The position numbers and the translations under genes are program-made. Shown one piece after another: positions 27,697 to 40,528 of a stretch of 64,000 bases of DNA. Within the stretch, counting starts at the first letter, position 1. Each line of letters begins with the position of its first letter. Source of the stretch: Eledone cirrhosa (lineage: Eukaryota); assembly GCA_964016885.1 (NCBI GenBank), contig OZ024746.1, positions 34,038,001-34,102,000 of the forward strand. The letters are read 5' to 3'. Under the pieces are notes generated by a model, which saw only the letters and a program-made list of their open reading frames with translations, was not told where the DNA came from and ran no database searches.

Positions 27697-30618
27697 CAAG
27701 TCTCAGACCCATACAGCAGCACAGACTCCACTACAGCAATGAAGAGGCGGATTTTCAGGTCTCTACGAAGGTCCGACTTCCACACCGATCTCAACCTGTG
27801 ACACGCCGCCCAGGCCTTGCTCTTCCTCCAACCACATCATCCTCCGTATTCCCAATCTTTGCTCCCAAATACAGAAAGTCCTCAACCAATTCCAGCGGCT
27901 TCCCGCCTAAATTAGTGATCCCCTCTGGCTTCTCAACATTCTCTACCAGATATTTTGTTTTAGTCTCATTCATTCTCAGCCCCACACTCATCGACACAGT
28001 CTCAACCTCCCGCATCAAATCCTCTGCCTCCTTCACTGTATTTGTCACCAAAACTATGTCGTCGGCAAATTCAGCATCCGATACCTTTTTCTCCCCAACT
28101 CTCCTGCTCTGAGCCGGTGCTACAGTAAAGCCAGAGTCCTGGTGTTTCTCCAGGGCAAGGCGCATACAATAGTCCACTACGATGATAAAAAGGTAGGGAG
28201 ACAATGTATCTCCCTGGAGCACTCCAGCCAGTATCTCAAAGAACTCTGTCATCCCATCAGGTGTAATGACTTGGGCTTTGGTGTTGGTGTAGAGCAGTGA
28301 TATCAGGTCCACTATCCTCTTGGGCATTCCATAAGCCTGTAAGATCTTCATCAGGCAGTAACGGTCCACAGAATCAAAGGCCTTCCTAAAGTCAATGAAA
28401 ACCATGACCGCAAGAAGGCACTTTGCTCTAGCTCCCTCTAATATCCTCCTCAGCATCAGGATGTGACTGGTGGTTGATCTACCCTCTCTGAAGCCGTTCT
28501 GGTTGTCCCCGAGCTTCTTCTCCATCTCAGGCTGGATCCTGTTAAGAATCATCCTGTTGAGGGTCTTTGCCACAAGTGACGTCAGTGAGATCCCCCGGTA
28601 GTTGTTGGTGTTAGAGAGATCTCCCTTCTTTGGCACTGGGACGATGTTACTGATCACCCACTGATTCGGGGCAACTCCTTTCTCCAGTGCCCCGTTACAG
28701 AACACCAGGATGATATCATCAAAATCACACCTCTTTATCACCTCTGATGCCACTCCATCTTCTCCATGAGCCTTGCCCTCCTCGATCTTCTTCTTGGCTC
28801 TCTGAAGCTCCTCTCTGGTGAAGGGCTCTGTCTCAACATCCAGTTCCTCAAACAGCCGCCTGATCTCCCCAGTGCTCTGGGTTGTGGAGGGTGGCTCTCC
28901 TAGTAGGGTCCTAAAATGGTCTAGCCATTTCCTCTTCCTATCCTCGGGCCCTGTTCCCTGGATCTGACTCGAACACCTTTTCTTCCTCCTTGTGATCTCG
29001 TTGATGATCATCCAGCTCTCCTTACATCCAGATCTGTCAACCGCTCTATCCACACTTCTGATCTTCTCTATCAGTGCCTCCTCTCTGACCTCAGTGTAAG
29101 CTGTACAGAGCTCTTCCCTCATCACCTCCACAGTCTCCATCCTCTCCTCCGTAGGATCAGCATAGAATTGGTCCCTGGCAGATTTCAGGTGTTCTCTGGC
29201 TGCACACACTTTTGGGTTTGCAGAGCTGACGTGCTTCCCTTTGTTCTTTTTTCCTCGGCACCAGGGTTTCACTTGCTTTCGCCACTGCATTGGTGAAGTG
29301 CCCGTACCTCCTCGTCACACTCTCCTCAGTCCATCCAATCTCTCTCTCCTCTGACTCTCCACACAGAGCACTAAACCTGTTTCTCACTTCCACTGCGAAC
29401 CCCTCCTGTAGCTTATCATCTTCCTTGAAAGCTCCCCAGTCATAGATTGTTCTCCGGGGCTGAGACTTGCTCTTTCTTAAGCTCACGCGGACCTCACTCA
29501 TAACAAGCCGGTGGTCACTACCCAGTGTACTGAAATAGTCGTATGGTTCCGTGTTCAGAACACTATTCTGCCACTTTTTCCTCACCAGAATGAAATCAAT
29601 CTGGGACTTGCACAGGTGCATATCTGAGATGTAGGTCCACATCTTCCCCAGATTCTTCCTAAACCCTAGGTTGGTCGCCATCAAGTTCGCCTCCAGCAGG
29701 GTGTCTCTCAGTAGTCTTCCATTTCGGTTGGTGTTGTTATGGAAGTACCAGCAAGGATCTTCACTGCCCTCCTTACTCAGATGTGCATTGAAGTCCCCCA
29801 AAACAAGCAGGATATTGTGTGCCTGAGTGGTGTTGACAGCTCTACACACCTCCTCATGGAACTCCTCGGCATTCACATCACTGTCCCCCTCGGTTGGACT
29901 ATAGGCTGAGATGAATGTCAGTCTTGGGTTTCCATTGAAGGTCACCCTCAACACTCGCGGGGAGATAGGCATTATTTCCCTCACCAACAGATTGGTTTTT
30001 GCACTGAACACAAAACCCACTCCTCCTACTGCAGCATTTGTTGTGTTCTTCACTGCCGATGTAGTGATGAGCTGGCTCTTCCTCCCGATAATCACACTCC
30101 TCACGGGCTCATCGTGTAGAATCCTGTGTTCTTGGATCGCAAGTATCTGTATACCACTCTCCTCGAACATATGTCCCAACTCCTCTCTCTTCTCCGGCGT
30201 TCGAATAGTCCTCACATTCAAAGTGCCCATTTTGATGGCTCCTCTGCAGGACAAGACTGCATTCTTTATATTTGTCTCAGAGACAGCTGATCCATCATCC
30301 ACTGGCCCTCTCTGTGGCTCTAAGCCAGCAGAGTCATAACGACCAGGCTGCTCCTTGACAGTGTAATTAGGGGCTCTAACCCTAGTGCTGTTAGATCGAC
30401 TCTCCATATTTCTTTTCAATGGCTGACAATACCTTACCGGCGCCACTCGAATAAGGTAGTTATTTAACCCATAAATGGAAAACTAACAGGTACTACCACC
30501 CCGGGCCAGGGCAGACCTGAGAGTCAAGACAACTAAGGGTAACTCCACATTCCCCACAACTCCTGAACCCCCGAACTGGAGCCTTGCCATGGATGTAGTT
30601 TAATGTCATACCCAGGAC
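27697..30618 (-). mobile_element. RTE-superfamily LINE with intact 5' part and missing 3' end
   Basis: APE domain (GTLNVRT, QEHR, SAYSPT, GDFNAH, QIDFIL, SDH) and RT (NYRGISL, FIDFRKAFDSV, GVLQGDTLSP, FADD, YLG); stops abruptly after LLYGSET. Confidence 0.9.
27700..30446 (-). pseudogene. APE-RT polyprotein with two frameshifts (about 29240-29290 and about 27830)
   Basis: ORFs 29157-30446 and 27791-29290 join into one polyprotein; the frame continues RKSKAWAACHRLRSVWKS..LFIAVVESVLLYGSET. Confidence 0.88.
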
Positions 30619-30674
<56 letters not shown>

Positions 30675-30950
30675 CGGCGATGAATTAGTTTTGCGAGGTT
30701 TTTTATATGAAATCGTGTGTCGAAACAGATATTGTTATATTTGGGGAGGGTCATATTTGCGTAATATTGCCAGAATTAATAACAGAACACACTCACTGTT
30801 TGGTTGGTTTTCGCTTCTCGCTGTCTTTTATATATATATATCTGCGATCTAACTTACTCGGTCCTCAATGTTGCCATTGACTGACCGGCGGTCAAAAATA
30901 ATACAGATACAATATAGACAAACACATATATATATAGTTTACATAATTTA

Positions 30951-30988
30951 CATAAATCTTTCGTTGCACATCTGCAACATCGTCAGTG
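30951..30988 (-). ncRNA. Minimal hammerhead, PLE2 left arm
   Basis: Reverse complement of 32352-32389. Confidence 0.65.
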
Positions 30989-31261
30989 GTGTTATATTCA
31001 TTGTTCCTCCTGTTGTGTTGTATGTCTACGCCATTTTTTTTTTTGTTCAGTCTGTCTATATATTTATTTATTTATTTGCTTGTTTGTTTATCTTATTTTA
31101 TTTTGTCTTCTTTGCGCATGCGTTTGCGTGTGTGTATAGTGTTATGTGTGATGTGTGACTAGTGTGTATAGTGTTGTGTCTGCTGGGTGACTAGTGTGTG
31201 TTTATGTGCTTGTGTATGTATTTATTTATCTTATTTTATTTTATTTAATTTACTTATTTAT

Positions 31262-31636
31262 TTATACTTCTCTTAGGTCAGTGTTGTTTGTTTGGGTGTT
31301 GTTGTTGTTCCACTCATTCTTCCTGTTTAGCTTTGGTCTTCTAATTTCTATTTCACTGGCCTCTCTGATTTGCCTATCTGCTGGGTCATTCCTATGTTTA
31401 GATATTATTCTAATTTCTATGTTGTCTATGTTACCGTCATGTTGTTGTCTAGCATGTTCGTATAGTACTGACCCGTTTTTTCGTCCTTTTAGTTCCCCCC
31501 AGTGTTGGTCTATCCTTTCACCTATGCTACGAGCTGTCTCACCTATGTATGTTGTTGTCGTGTTTCTGCAAGTACACTCTGTACATCTTATGCTATAGAC
31601 TACGTTTCTAGTTTTACAGTTTATCCGGGGGTTCAC
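31262..31636 (-). CDS. GIY-YIG endonuclease domain of a PLE (fragment; mirrored on + at about 31720-32079)
   Basis: NCKTRNVVYSIRCTEC..YIGETARSIGERIDQH..LYEH..H..RQIREASEI..PKLNRKNEW. Confidence 0.85.
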   Translation of the reverse strand: MNPRINCKTRNVVYSIRCTECTCRNTTTTYIGETARSIGERIDQHWGELKGRKNGSVLYEHARQQHDGNIDNIEIRIISKHRNDPADRQIREASEIEIRRPKLNRKNEWNNNNTQTNNTDLREV

Positions 31637-32351
31637 CTTACATATGATACATTTCCTATTGGTACAGTGGGTTTTCTTAAAAGGGTAGGTTTTGCTGATC
31701 AGGGATTTTATGGTGGTTAAACTGTAAAACTAGAAACGTAGTCTATAGCATAAGATGTACAGAGGGTACTTGCAGAAACACGACAACAACATACATAGGT
31801 GAGACAGCTCGTAGCATAGGTGAAAGGATAGACCAACACTGGGGGGAACTAAAAGGACGAAAAAACGGGTCAGTACTATACGAACATGCTAGACAACAAC
31901 ATGACGGTAACATAGACAACATAGAAATTAGAATAATATCTAAACATAGGAATGACCCAGCAGATAGGCAAATCAGAGAGGCCAGTGAAATAGAAATTAG
32001 AAGACCAAAGCTAAACAGAAAGAATGAGTGGAACAACAACAACACCCAAACAAACAACACTGACCTAAGAGAAGTATAAATAAATAAGTAAATTAAATAA
32101 AATAAAATAAGATAAATAAATACATACACAAGCACATAAACACACACTAGTCACCCAGCAGACACAGCACTATACACACTAGTCACACATCACACATAAC
32201 ACTATACACACACGCAAACGCATGCGCAAAGAAGACAAAATAAAATAAGATAAACAAACAAGCAAATAAATAAATAAATATATAGACAGACTGAACAAAA
32301 AAAAAATGGCGTAGACATACAACACAACAGGAGGAACAATGAATATAACAC

Positions 32352-32389
32352 CACTGACGATGTTGCAGATGTGCAACGAAAGATTTATG
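32352..32389 (+). ncRNA. Minimal hammerhead, PLE2 right arm
   Basis: ca-CTGACGA-t-gttgc(agatgt)gcaac-GAAA-gat-TTA^tg; AGAUUU is self-complementary with G.U pairs (dimeric stem III); stem I is only 2 bp. Confidence 0.65.
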
Positions 32390-32603
32390 TAAATTATGTA
32401 AACTATATATATATGTGTTTGTCTATATTGTATCTGTATTATTTTTGACCGCCGGTCAGTCAATGGCAACATTGAGGACCGAGTAAGTTAGATGGCAGAT
32501 ATATATATATAAAAGACAGCGAGAAGCGAAAACCAACCAAACAGTGAGTGTGTTCTGTTATTAATTCTGGCAATATTACGCAAATATGACCCTCCCCAAA
32601 TAT

Positions 32604-32666
<63 letters not shown>

Positions 32667-32677
<11 letters not shown>

Positions 32678-32709
32678 ATGTGTGTGTGTATATATATATG
32701 TATGTGTAT

Positions 32710-32741
<32 letters not shown>

Positions 32742-33205
32742 TTATCTCTTTATATCCCCCCTCTCTCTCCCTCTCCTCCATCCCTCCCACTATTATCTAT
32801 TTAATTCTCTTTAACTCACTACACTCCACGACATGATGTCTGCTATCAAAACTGACCAAAGAATCCTTCCACCTCTACCCCTACTTCCACGTCAGTTTGT
32901 CATTATACTTCCTACCTCTTCCCCCTTCCTCTCTCTCTATACTATGCCGTCTGTCCCCTCACCTCCTGATTCCTCTCTCTCTATATTAGTAAATACAATT
33001 CCAAATAAATGTTTTTCCTTATATATTAAGAATTATTTCAAGAGTAACTCACTATTTTGAAAATTTGGACTGTGAACAACAATTATAATTGAGTGGCTGC
33101 TATTTGCAGTATAGCAATATAAGGTTGCACTTACCAATGAAACGGTCGTAAATACCTGGATTAAATCCTTCTCTTAATGCTTACCTGTGTTTTCTCTTTT
33201 ATACT
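32667..33205 (+). repeat. Inverted pLTR copy of the PLE at 25232-27660
   Basis: Reverse complement of about 25364-25918; both ends at (TA)n. Confidence 0.9.
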
Positions 33206-33290
33206 ATATATATATATATACCAATGTAATATTAATTCTAACTTTGAGTGTAATTGTAGAATTCCTAGTAAATACACCCTTCTTATGTTG

Positions 33291-33470
33291 GATTGGCAGT
33301 ATCTGTAGAGGGTCGGACGCCATGCTTTGCAGCAAAGAGTTACGACCCTTTATGGTCTGAGTTCAAATCCCGCCGAGGTTAACGTTGCCTTTCATCCTTA
33401 CAAGGTCGATAAAATAAAGTACCAGTAATAAGCTGGGATAATTGCCGGCCTTGTGCCAAAAGTAAAAACA
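33291..33470 (+). mobile_element. SINE family A (sense orientation)
   Basis: A-box-like TGGCAGTATCTG, B box GAGTTCAAATCC, central gcctttcatcctt..ggtcgataaaataaagtacc and an (ATT)n tail. Confidence 0.8.
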
Positions 33471-35070
33471 ATTATTATTACGTCAAAAAAAATCATAATG
33501 TATAACTACATTCTGCCTATCCCTAGTTCAACCAATTTTTATATAGGCACTACAGCTAGCTTTTTTAAGACCCATTACAATTCTCATTTACAATCATTTA
33601 AGAAATAGTTTCTGAGCATGTCTATTCCCTTGACTCAAATCATATCTACATTAAACACAAACAAATAGGGATATATTTTACATGTTAATTAAATGCAGTT
33701 GCAAACAATCTGACAGTAAACTGATAACACAAACAAATAAGATGGTGTAGGACAGAACAAAGGGCAGACAAAAAATACGAAAACATTTTTCTGTAATATC
33801 ATGTATATGCTTGCTATCATTTTGCATCTGTATTAACTTAATGCATACTATTATTAATTTTCTGTTTAATATGCCTGATATACTCACTTTTAGTAATACC
33901 CTTTTTATAGCTTCCAATATTTTGCTATCATTTCAATGTAATATCATTTTATTACTCTTGCTTTTCAATATGATGGCACTGACACTGTTAACAATAATGT
34001 ATCTTTAATGAAGGTTCTAATGACTAGGAATGTAATTACTTGTTTAAACATTGTCTATGCTCCGATCATTGCAGACCATTGTCTGGAAGAAACGATCGTC
34101 AGCAATTAAATGCATTAAACACAAATTTGATTATTTTATATTTTGTTTCGGCTCTGTAATACATCTAATAATTTATATTGAGCTAATTTTCTTACTGGTA
34201 ATTGGGTAATACAATGTATTACACTTTCGTATTTATAATTGTATATATATATATATAACATAGAACCAATTTTTTATTCGTTTTCAATGCAGGTATTCGT
34301 TCGGAAGATCTATCTATTGTAGAACACTGTCCTTTTCAGCTTGGCCGGAATTTGTATTTCATTGATTGTATTCACACAAGAGCTAAGCATCTATAATTCC
34401 CCGAAAATTTAGTGCACTATAGGATTACCAATCTTCGCTAATCTATAAATATTGATGACCATTACATTTGCAGAGAAAACTGTTTATTGTGATTTTTAGG
34501 TTGTCAGTTTGTTCACATGTGCATTTAATTAGCTAGTACGATATAGCCCTAAATTGTTTGACTTCATCCGGCTTTACATGATTTGGATATTCGTTGAATA
34601 TTTAATTTGATTATCGTTGTTTAAACTGGTACACAGTTGGATTTAAGTTAATCTAATTTAGTAAAATGCCGACATAATTTCCAAATGTGCTAAGTACGTA
34701 TGCCGTCTTTATGACGGTATGTTCGAGCAATATTAGGGAATTACAAATGAATTTCTCTTTTGAAATGGAATTGGTTTTATTTATTCGATTGCAAATTCAG
34801 TCAGCGTATTTATGCTTCAAACATAATTTCCTTACACTTGATTGGTGCAAATTTGGTCGCGGTCAGGGTACTTACTTTACTGCAATTCATACATATGTCC
34901 AGGGATTGTTTTTCTTATAATTTACTTAAGTTACGTATAATTAGGATGCAATTGTAGTTGAATTTCACTTTTAACAATGATAGTAAATTCGGTGAAATGT
35001 GAAATCATGATCAGGGTCTGGATACACCCACATGGTTTGGTGCCCATTTTGTAGCATCGAAATACTTTGC

Positions 35071-35105
<35 letters not shown>

Positions 35106-35106
<1 letters not shown>

Positions 35107-35293
35107 GTTTCTATTTTAGGCACAAGGCCAGCAATTAACCAGTATATTACAGGTACTTTATTTTATCGACCCCGTAAGGATGAAAGGCAAAGTTAACCTC
35201 GGCGGGACTTGAACTCAGATCATAATGGGACGTAACTCTATGCTTCAAAGCATGGTGTCCGACTCTCTACCGATACTGCCAATTCACCGCCCT
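35106..35293 (-). mobile_element. SINE family A, full length
   Basis: The minus strand starts aagggcggtgaattggcagtatcgg (A box) and contains gagttcaagtcc (B box). Confidence 0.85.
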
Positions 35294-35311
35294 TATATAT
35301 ATATATATATA

Positions 35312-35650
35312 ATATAAAACAAAATATCAGTGATGCATCTGAACTCAATTTATTGTGTGTTACAATTGTTTCGCCTGCAGATAGCTCGAGACACGATCAT
35401 TGTGTGGATCTGTCTGATTCTGGATCTGCAGGTTCGTCGGACACTTCTAATAATTTCGGATCAAATGTTTTCACTGGGGTGTTGGCGTAAAAAAAAATGC
35501 TCTTCGCTCGTTCTGCTATTGGCTGTTGTTTTTATACATCATCATAAATTTTGACCAATAGGAACTGCCACACTGACCATCAGCTGTCCTTCTTCCTGTC
35601 ACACTCCAATGAATCCCTGCTGGGTTTGGTAGTTCATACGTCCACGCGCA
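35312..35650 (-). mobile_element. pLTR-like element with a CCGA-variant hammerhead (35357-35444)
   Basis: Homologous to 58110-58375 and to a fragment at 55858-55902; abuts (TA)n. Confidence 0.6.
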
Positions 35651-35834
35651 CACTCTCACACACACACACACATATATCTATATATCTATATTGACACACA
35701 CACACGCACAAAATCATGTAAATAACAACATCCGCACGCATATACTCCCGCTATACATATGCACCCAAAGAGAATCCGTAAAACTATAGACATACGCGTC
35801 TACAGATGCCTGCCTACATGCCCTCGTACATCAA

Positions 35835-35988
<154 letters not shown>

Positions 35989-36421
35989 CGCACGCACATG
36001 CATACGCGTATATCTACTCGTATACACAAACACGTACAGACATATACATAGAGACGTACACGCACATACACACAAGTGTCCATATATACAGGCACAAAAA
36101 CAGACTCGCTCGCAAACACACATATATACATATATACACACAAACAAGCCCTTACACTACAGTAGGTGCACGTACACACAAACACACACTGGCTCATATA
36201 CACTCTTACAAATATGCGCATATTACCTACATGCCCACTCACGTCTACAAAGATACATACATACATACATATATCTGTCTATACACAAATATGAAATACA
36301 CACAAAAGTCATATAAAGCTACACAATGGGTCATACAATGGTCATACATGAAAGGATGCATCTTGTTATACACATGCACAATATAAACAATATAACCATA
36401 TATATACATCCATACACACAC

Positions 36422-36503
<82 letters not shown>

Positions 36504-37229
36504 ATATATAAATATATACACATGTGAACATACACACACATACATACACATACATAAAAAACCTACAATATACTAAAATATACATATAACGTCCTACATT
36601 AAAGGATGTATCTTGTAGTAAACATTCACATAAATAAACAATATAACCATATACATACATTCATACACATATACGCATACCTATATACACATATAAAAAA
36701 GAAATATACAATATATTAAAAATATACATGTAATGTCATATAGAGATATATAAAAAAGAAGATGGGAGGTGTATGCGTATGAGATAGTACAAGGAGGAGT
36801 TTGAGATGTACACTTGGTCCTGTATACGGAACAAATAATATGTGTTCCAACATGGAATACGTGGAGAGTATGGATTCTCGATTGAAAAGCTACACATGCA
36901 TGGGGTCCGTTGCCCGGCCATATTGGAGTATGTCACTGTACGTGAGGCATGTTGTCCTATAGGTGTAAGGTATTTGACTGAAAGTCAGTGGAATCCGTGT
37001 CAACCTGTCTCGGCTCAGGCGATGTTCTTGCCTAAGGTGGTGTGTAGAGTCGGGTATGCATCTTGGGTCAGTTTGGTTTACCCCACGGGGCATATAATGT
37101 CATCATATATATATATATATATATACTTGTTTATATATATACAGCTAATATGACGCTAAACTCCGCCCGTTGCAGGCTGCGCATCAACATGAAATATTTT
37201 TCTTCCCAATGTTCGATCATCAAAAGACC

Positions 37230-37500
37230 AAAGATCAAGTCCACTCCATAGGTTGCCATTTTCAATCTATCGATTTGGCTCCCGGCCTCTCCTTCTCTTA
37301 CCAGCCAACTTTCCTTCCAGGCATAATCTACTCACACCACGAAATGATATTTTTATAAATCGTATAATTTGAGTGCTCAACATTACCAGACTTAGACCAA
37401 TTAAAATAATTGGTCTAAGTCTGGTAATGTTGAGCAGCTCACTGATGCAGATACGTTCACTGAGCCGCTTGCCAGTCATAATCTCATGATGTGGTTCTGG
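37230..37500 (-). pseudogene. Highly decayed PLE GIY-YIG fragment
   Basis: MTGKRLSERI and, across frameshifts, RRGRE..IDRL..QP/YG, resembling the R..RE..WI..L.T..P.GLN end of PLE endonucleases. Confidence 0.4.
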
Positions 37501-37606
37501 AATGGGATCACACCATTAACCTCCGGCTGTTTTGATCTATACGAATAGAAGAAACACACAGACGATAGAAAGACCTTTAATATCTGCACACACAACACGT
37601 GTCATC

Positions 37607-37695
<89 letters not shown>

Positions 37696-37870
37696 ACGAA
37701 GGAAATATAGTAAGGAACCAGGTGGACCATAACGCACCAAATTACTCAATACTTAGGGTAGTAGAGTGGGTAATAGGAACGAGTAGGACCCCGACGTTTC
37801 AACGGCTAATTCTGGACTCAGAAATAGCCGTCGAAACGGCTTGAACTCAGCCGTCGGTGTCCTACTCATT

Positions 37871-37875
<5 letters not shown>
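37696..37875. mobile_element. Mini fold-back of a PLE-like 3' end between (TA)n tracts
   Basis: Arms 37773-37811 and 37821-37875; same family as 44392-44501, 37911-37968, 12520-12578 and 11143-11250. Confidence 0.6.
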
Positions 37876-37914
<39 letters not shown>

Positions 37915-37964
37915 AAAATATTCAGGACCCCGACGGCTGAGCCTCGGCCCTTACGACAGCTATA

Positions 37965-38025
<61 letters not shown>

Positions 38026-39601
38026 GTAATACCTATATTGCCAGATACGAGGTTAAACAGGGATACATTATGCACTGATAAAATGGTTGAATACCATTTT
38101 TTTCCGAATTAATTTCCCTCCAAATTCTATCATTTTTCATCAGCATGAAAACCTGAGCATATGATCATGTGTAAGTTCTTATGGCAAACAATTCTTTACG
38201 CTTATATCTCTATCTAGCTTACTAACCTTAGTTATTTCGAAAACCAGTATGTACTGATGTATATTTGTGAATGTACGTAACACAATGATGCAACATATCA
38301 AATCATGTTCCCATGAATATACTCGGAATATCTCGAAATACCCACTTAATCCGATTAAATGAAAGTAAATATCGAAACAATGTTATTAAATGTTATTAAC
38401 TCCAATGAAGTAAAGGGAATAGAGCATACACGTTATCTTCTTTTTCTTCTTCTTTGTTATTGTTATTATTATTACTATTCATAATAATAATAGTAATAAT
38501 AATAACAATGATAATACAAATTGATACTTTGGAAAGATAGATAGCACATATGTACGTATTTATGTATGTATATATGAATTAATATACATGTATGTAGGTA
38601 TTTGTAAATTGTCGTTTCTTTTTTGCGGGGTGGGGTGTATATGCTTATATTTATATATATATATATGTTTTTATACACGTGTACAAGCATGTGTTTTGAA
38701 CAACCCATTGACCACTGCATGATTTGATTCCTAGATTAAAAGAGCTTTCTTTCGGAGATCTAAAAAAACTGAATATCATTTTTATTGTCGGAATATTTTT
38801 CCATAAGGATCTTAAAGTTTATATTATGGATGTTTGAGTTCTTTTATAAGCACTTAAATTAATCATGGATAATAAGAGAGTTATTTGAATATAGATCATG
38901 TATCCAGAAATTTTAATTGGATGAACTACTTGTATTCATATCAAATCGTTGGGTTTCTTTACAATCACGCTTATTTTTCCTACGGATGAGTTCACAGACA
39001 GCAGCGAGTTGGTTAGTAACTCTTACTGTAGTTTCCATTCGACAAATATATTGTTTACTTTCTTTGACTATAGCTAAATCTGTATTGAACAATCATAAAC
39101 ACACAAAAACTCTCACGCACATACACGCACACATATACGCACATACGCACTCACACACGCATACATATATACACACCCACGCACCCACATACAAACTGTA
39201 TATACTAGGTAGCCAATATATACACTTTGCTTACAAAACAATAATTGTAAGTTCAAGTCATTTAATTACTGACAATTGTTTCCTCCAACGGTAATATACC
39301 ACATATCGCAAATTATTTTATCTAACAAGTTGCCGTCAATGAGCATGATAGTCTATGACTGTCAGGAGAGTTTAATTATAATGCCAATACTAATCCCTCA
39401 TAGGAAAAACAGATCATATATATCATTTTTTCACAATATCAAGATAAAAATAAATAACAGTTACAAATATAGTTAAAAGAATATCGTAGCCCCAAAAATA
39501 TGATGTTAGGTCAGTTAGAAGATATATGCAAGTTACTTTCAAGAATGATTTGGAATTTATAGAGTTTTAACAGAACAATATTTATAGTTAGCGCGGCCAG
39601 G

Positions 39602-39735
39602 CAAATCCCACCGAGCTTACGTTGGGTTTCATGCTTACGGATTCGATAAACCAAATACCAATAATGCTCTTGGGTCAATTTGATCCACTTTCGCCCCCGC
39701 TTTAAATTGCGGGCCTTCTGCCTAACGTAGAAACA
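39602..39735 (+). mobile_element. Diverged SINE family A copy
   Basis: caaatcccaccgag..tttcatgcttacggattcgataaa..gccttctgcctaacgtagaaac followed by (ATT)n. Confidence 0.6.
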
Positions 39736-40400
39736 ATTATTATTATCATTAATCTTTTTCTCTTTTCTTCTACAATCTTCCAAGCACCCCCTCCCTCCCC
39801 CGCCCCCCAGGACCCTTTTCAATCACGCTTGTATCTATATTTGTATTTATATTTATATTTTCATACTTAAACTTACCTGCAACCCCTGAAAAGAGCTTTG
39901 TTCTCTTCATACACGAGGTACACACACATACATACACACAAACACACATACCGCCAGAAAAATATACATTTTTTATATACACCTAACATTTCTCAGCTCC
40001 AGACGTTTGGACACAATTGAATCGACATCGATACCAGGAACACATACATACACACATTACATATACCATTTGTACAATTCTTATGAGTGGTAAGAACATT
40101 TTCCATGTTTAACCAAGTTAATTGAATTGAATCTTGACCTGCTGAACGCCACTTCCACAGTGACCCCCCTCATCTTCATAAAGAACATATGTATAAGTAG
40201 AAATTTTGAGAGAAAACTAACTTCATTTCCAACTGCTCATATAATACATAAAAACATGTTTTTTTAATATTTAACATTTAATATCAAATATACGATGAAA
40301 TGGTTATACCAATCGAATATATGAAATTATTCATTCTGTTGAATTAAAGAATAAAATTCTTTAAATGCTCCTATGCATTTTCACCTTCACTTTTTAATTA

Positions 40401-40528
<128 letters not shown>

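Larger units (their letters stand above)
30674..32610. mobile_element. Fold-back of the 3' end of a second PLE family in (TA)n
   Basis: Near-identical arms about 30728-31621 and 31720-32610 with a spacer of about 100 bp; contains a GIY-YIG and an HHR. Confidence 0.9.

Noticed and set aside
25316-30549. 13-bp match gggtaactccaca between the PLE tail and the RTE leader
   Set aside because: It is short and not at a junction, so chance cannot be excluded.
33060-33155. Ribozyme or SECIS in the first PLE pLTR (long hairpin followed by GAAACGGTC)
   Set aside because: There is no CUGANGA box (only ctgtgaa), and my HDV-like and SECIS fits needed non-consensus elements; a descriptor search is required.
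36340-36670. Diverged direct duplication; also short duplications at about 4253, 51713 and 54845
   Set aside because: Local slippage in low-complexity DNA with no functional signal.
36890-37093. 67-aa ORF faintly like a PLE RT-EN linker
   Set aside because: No diagnostic motif.
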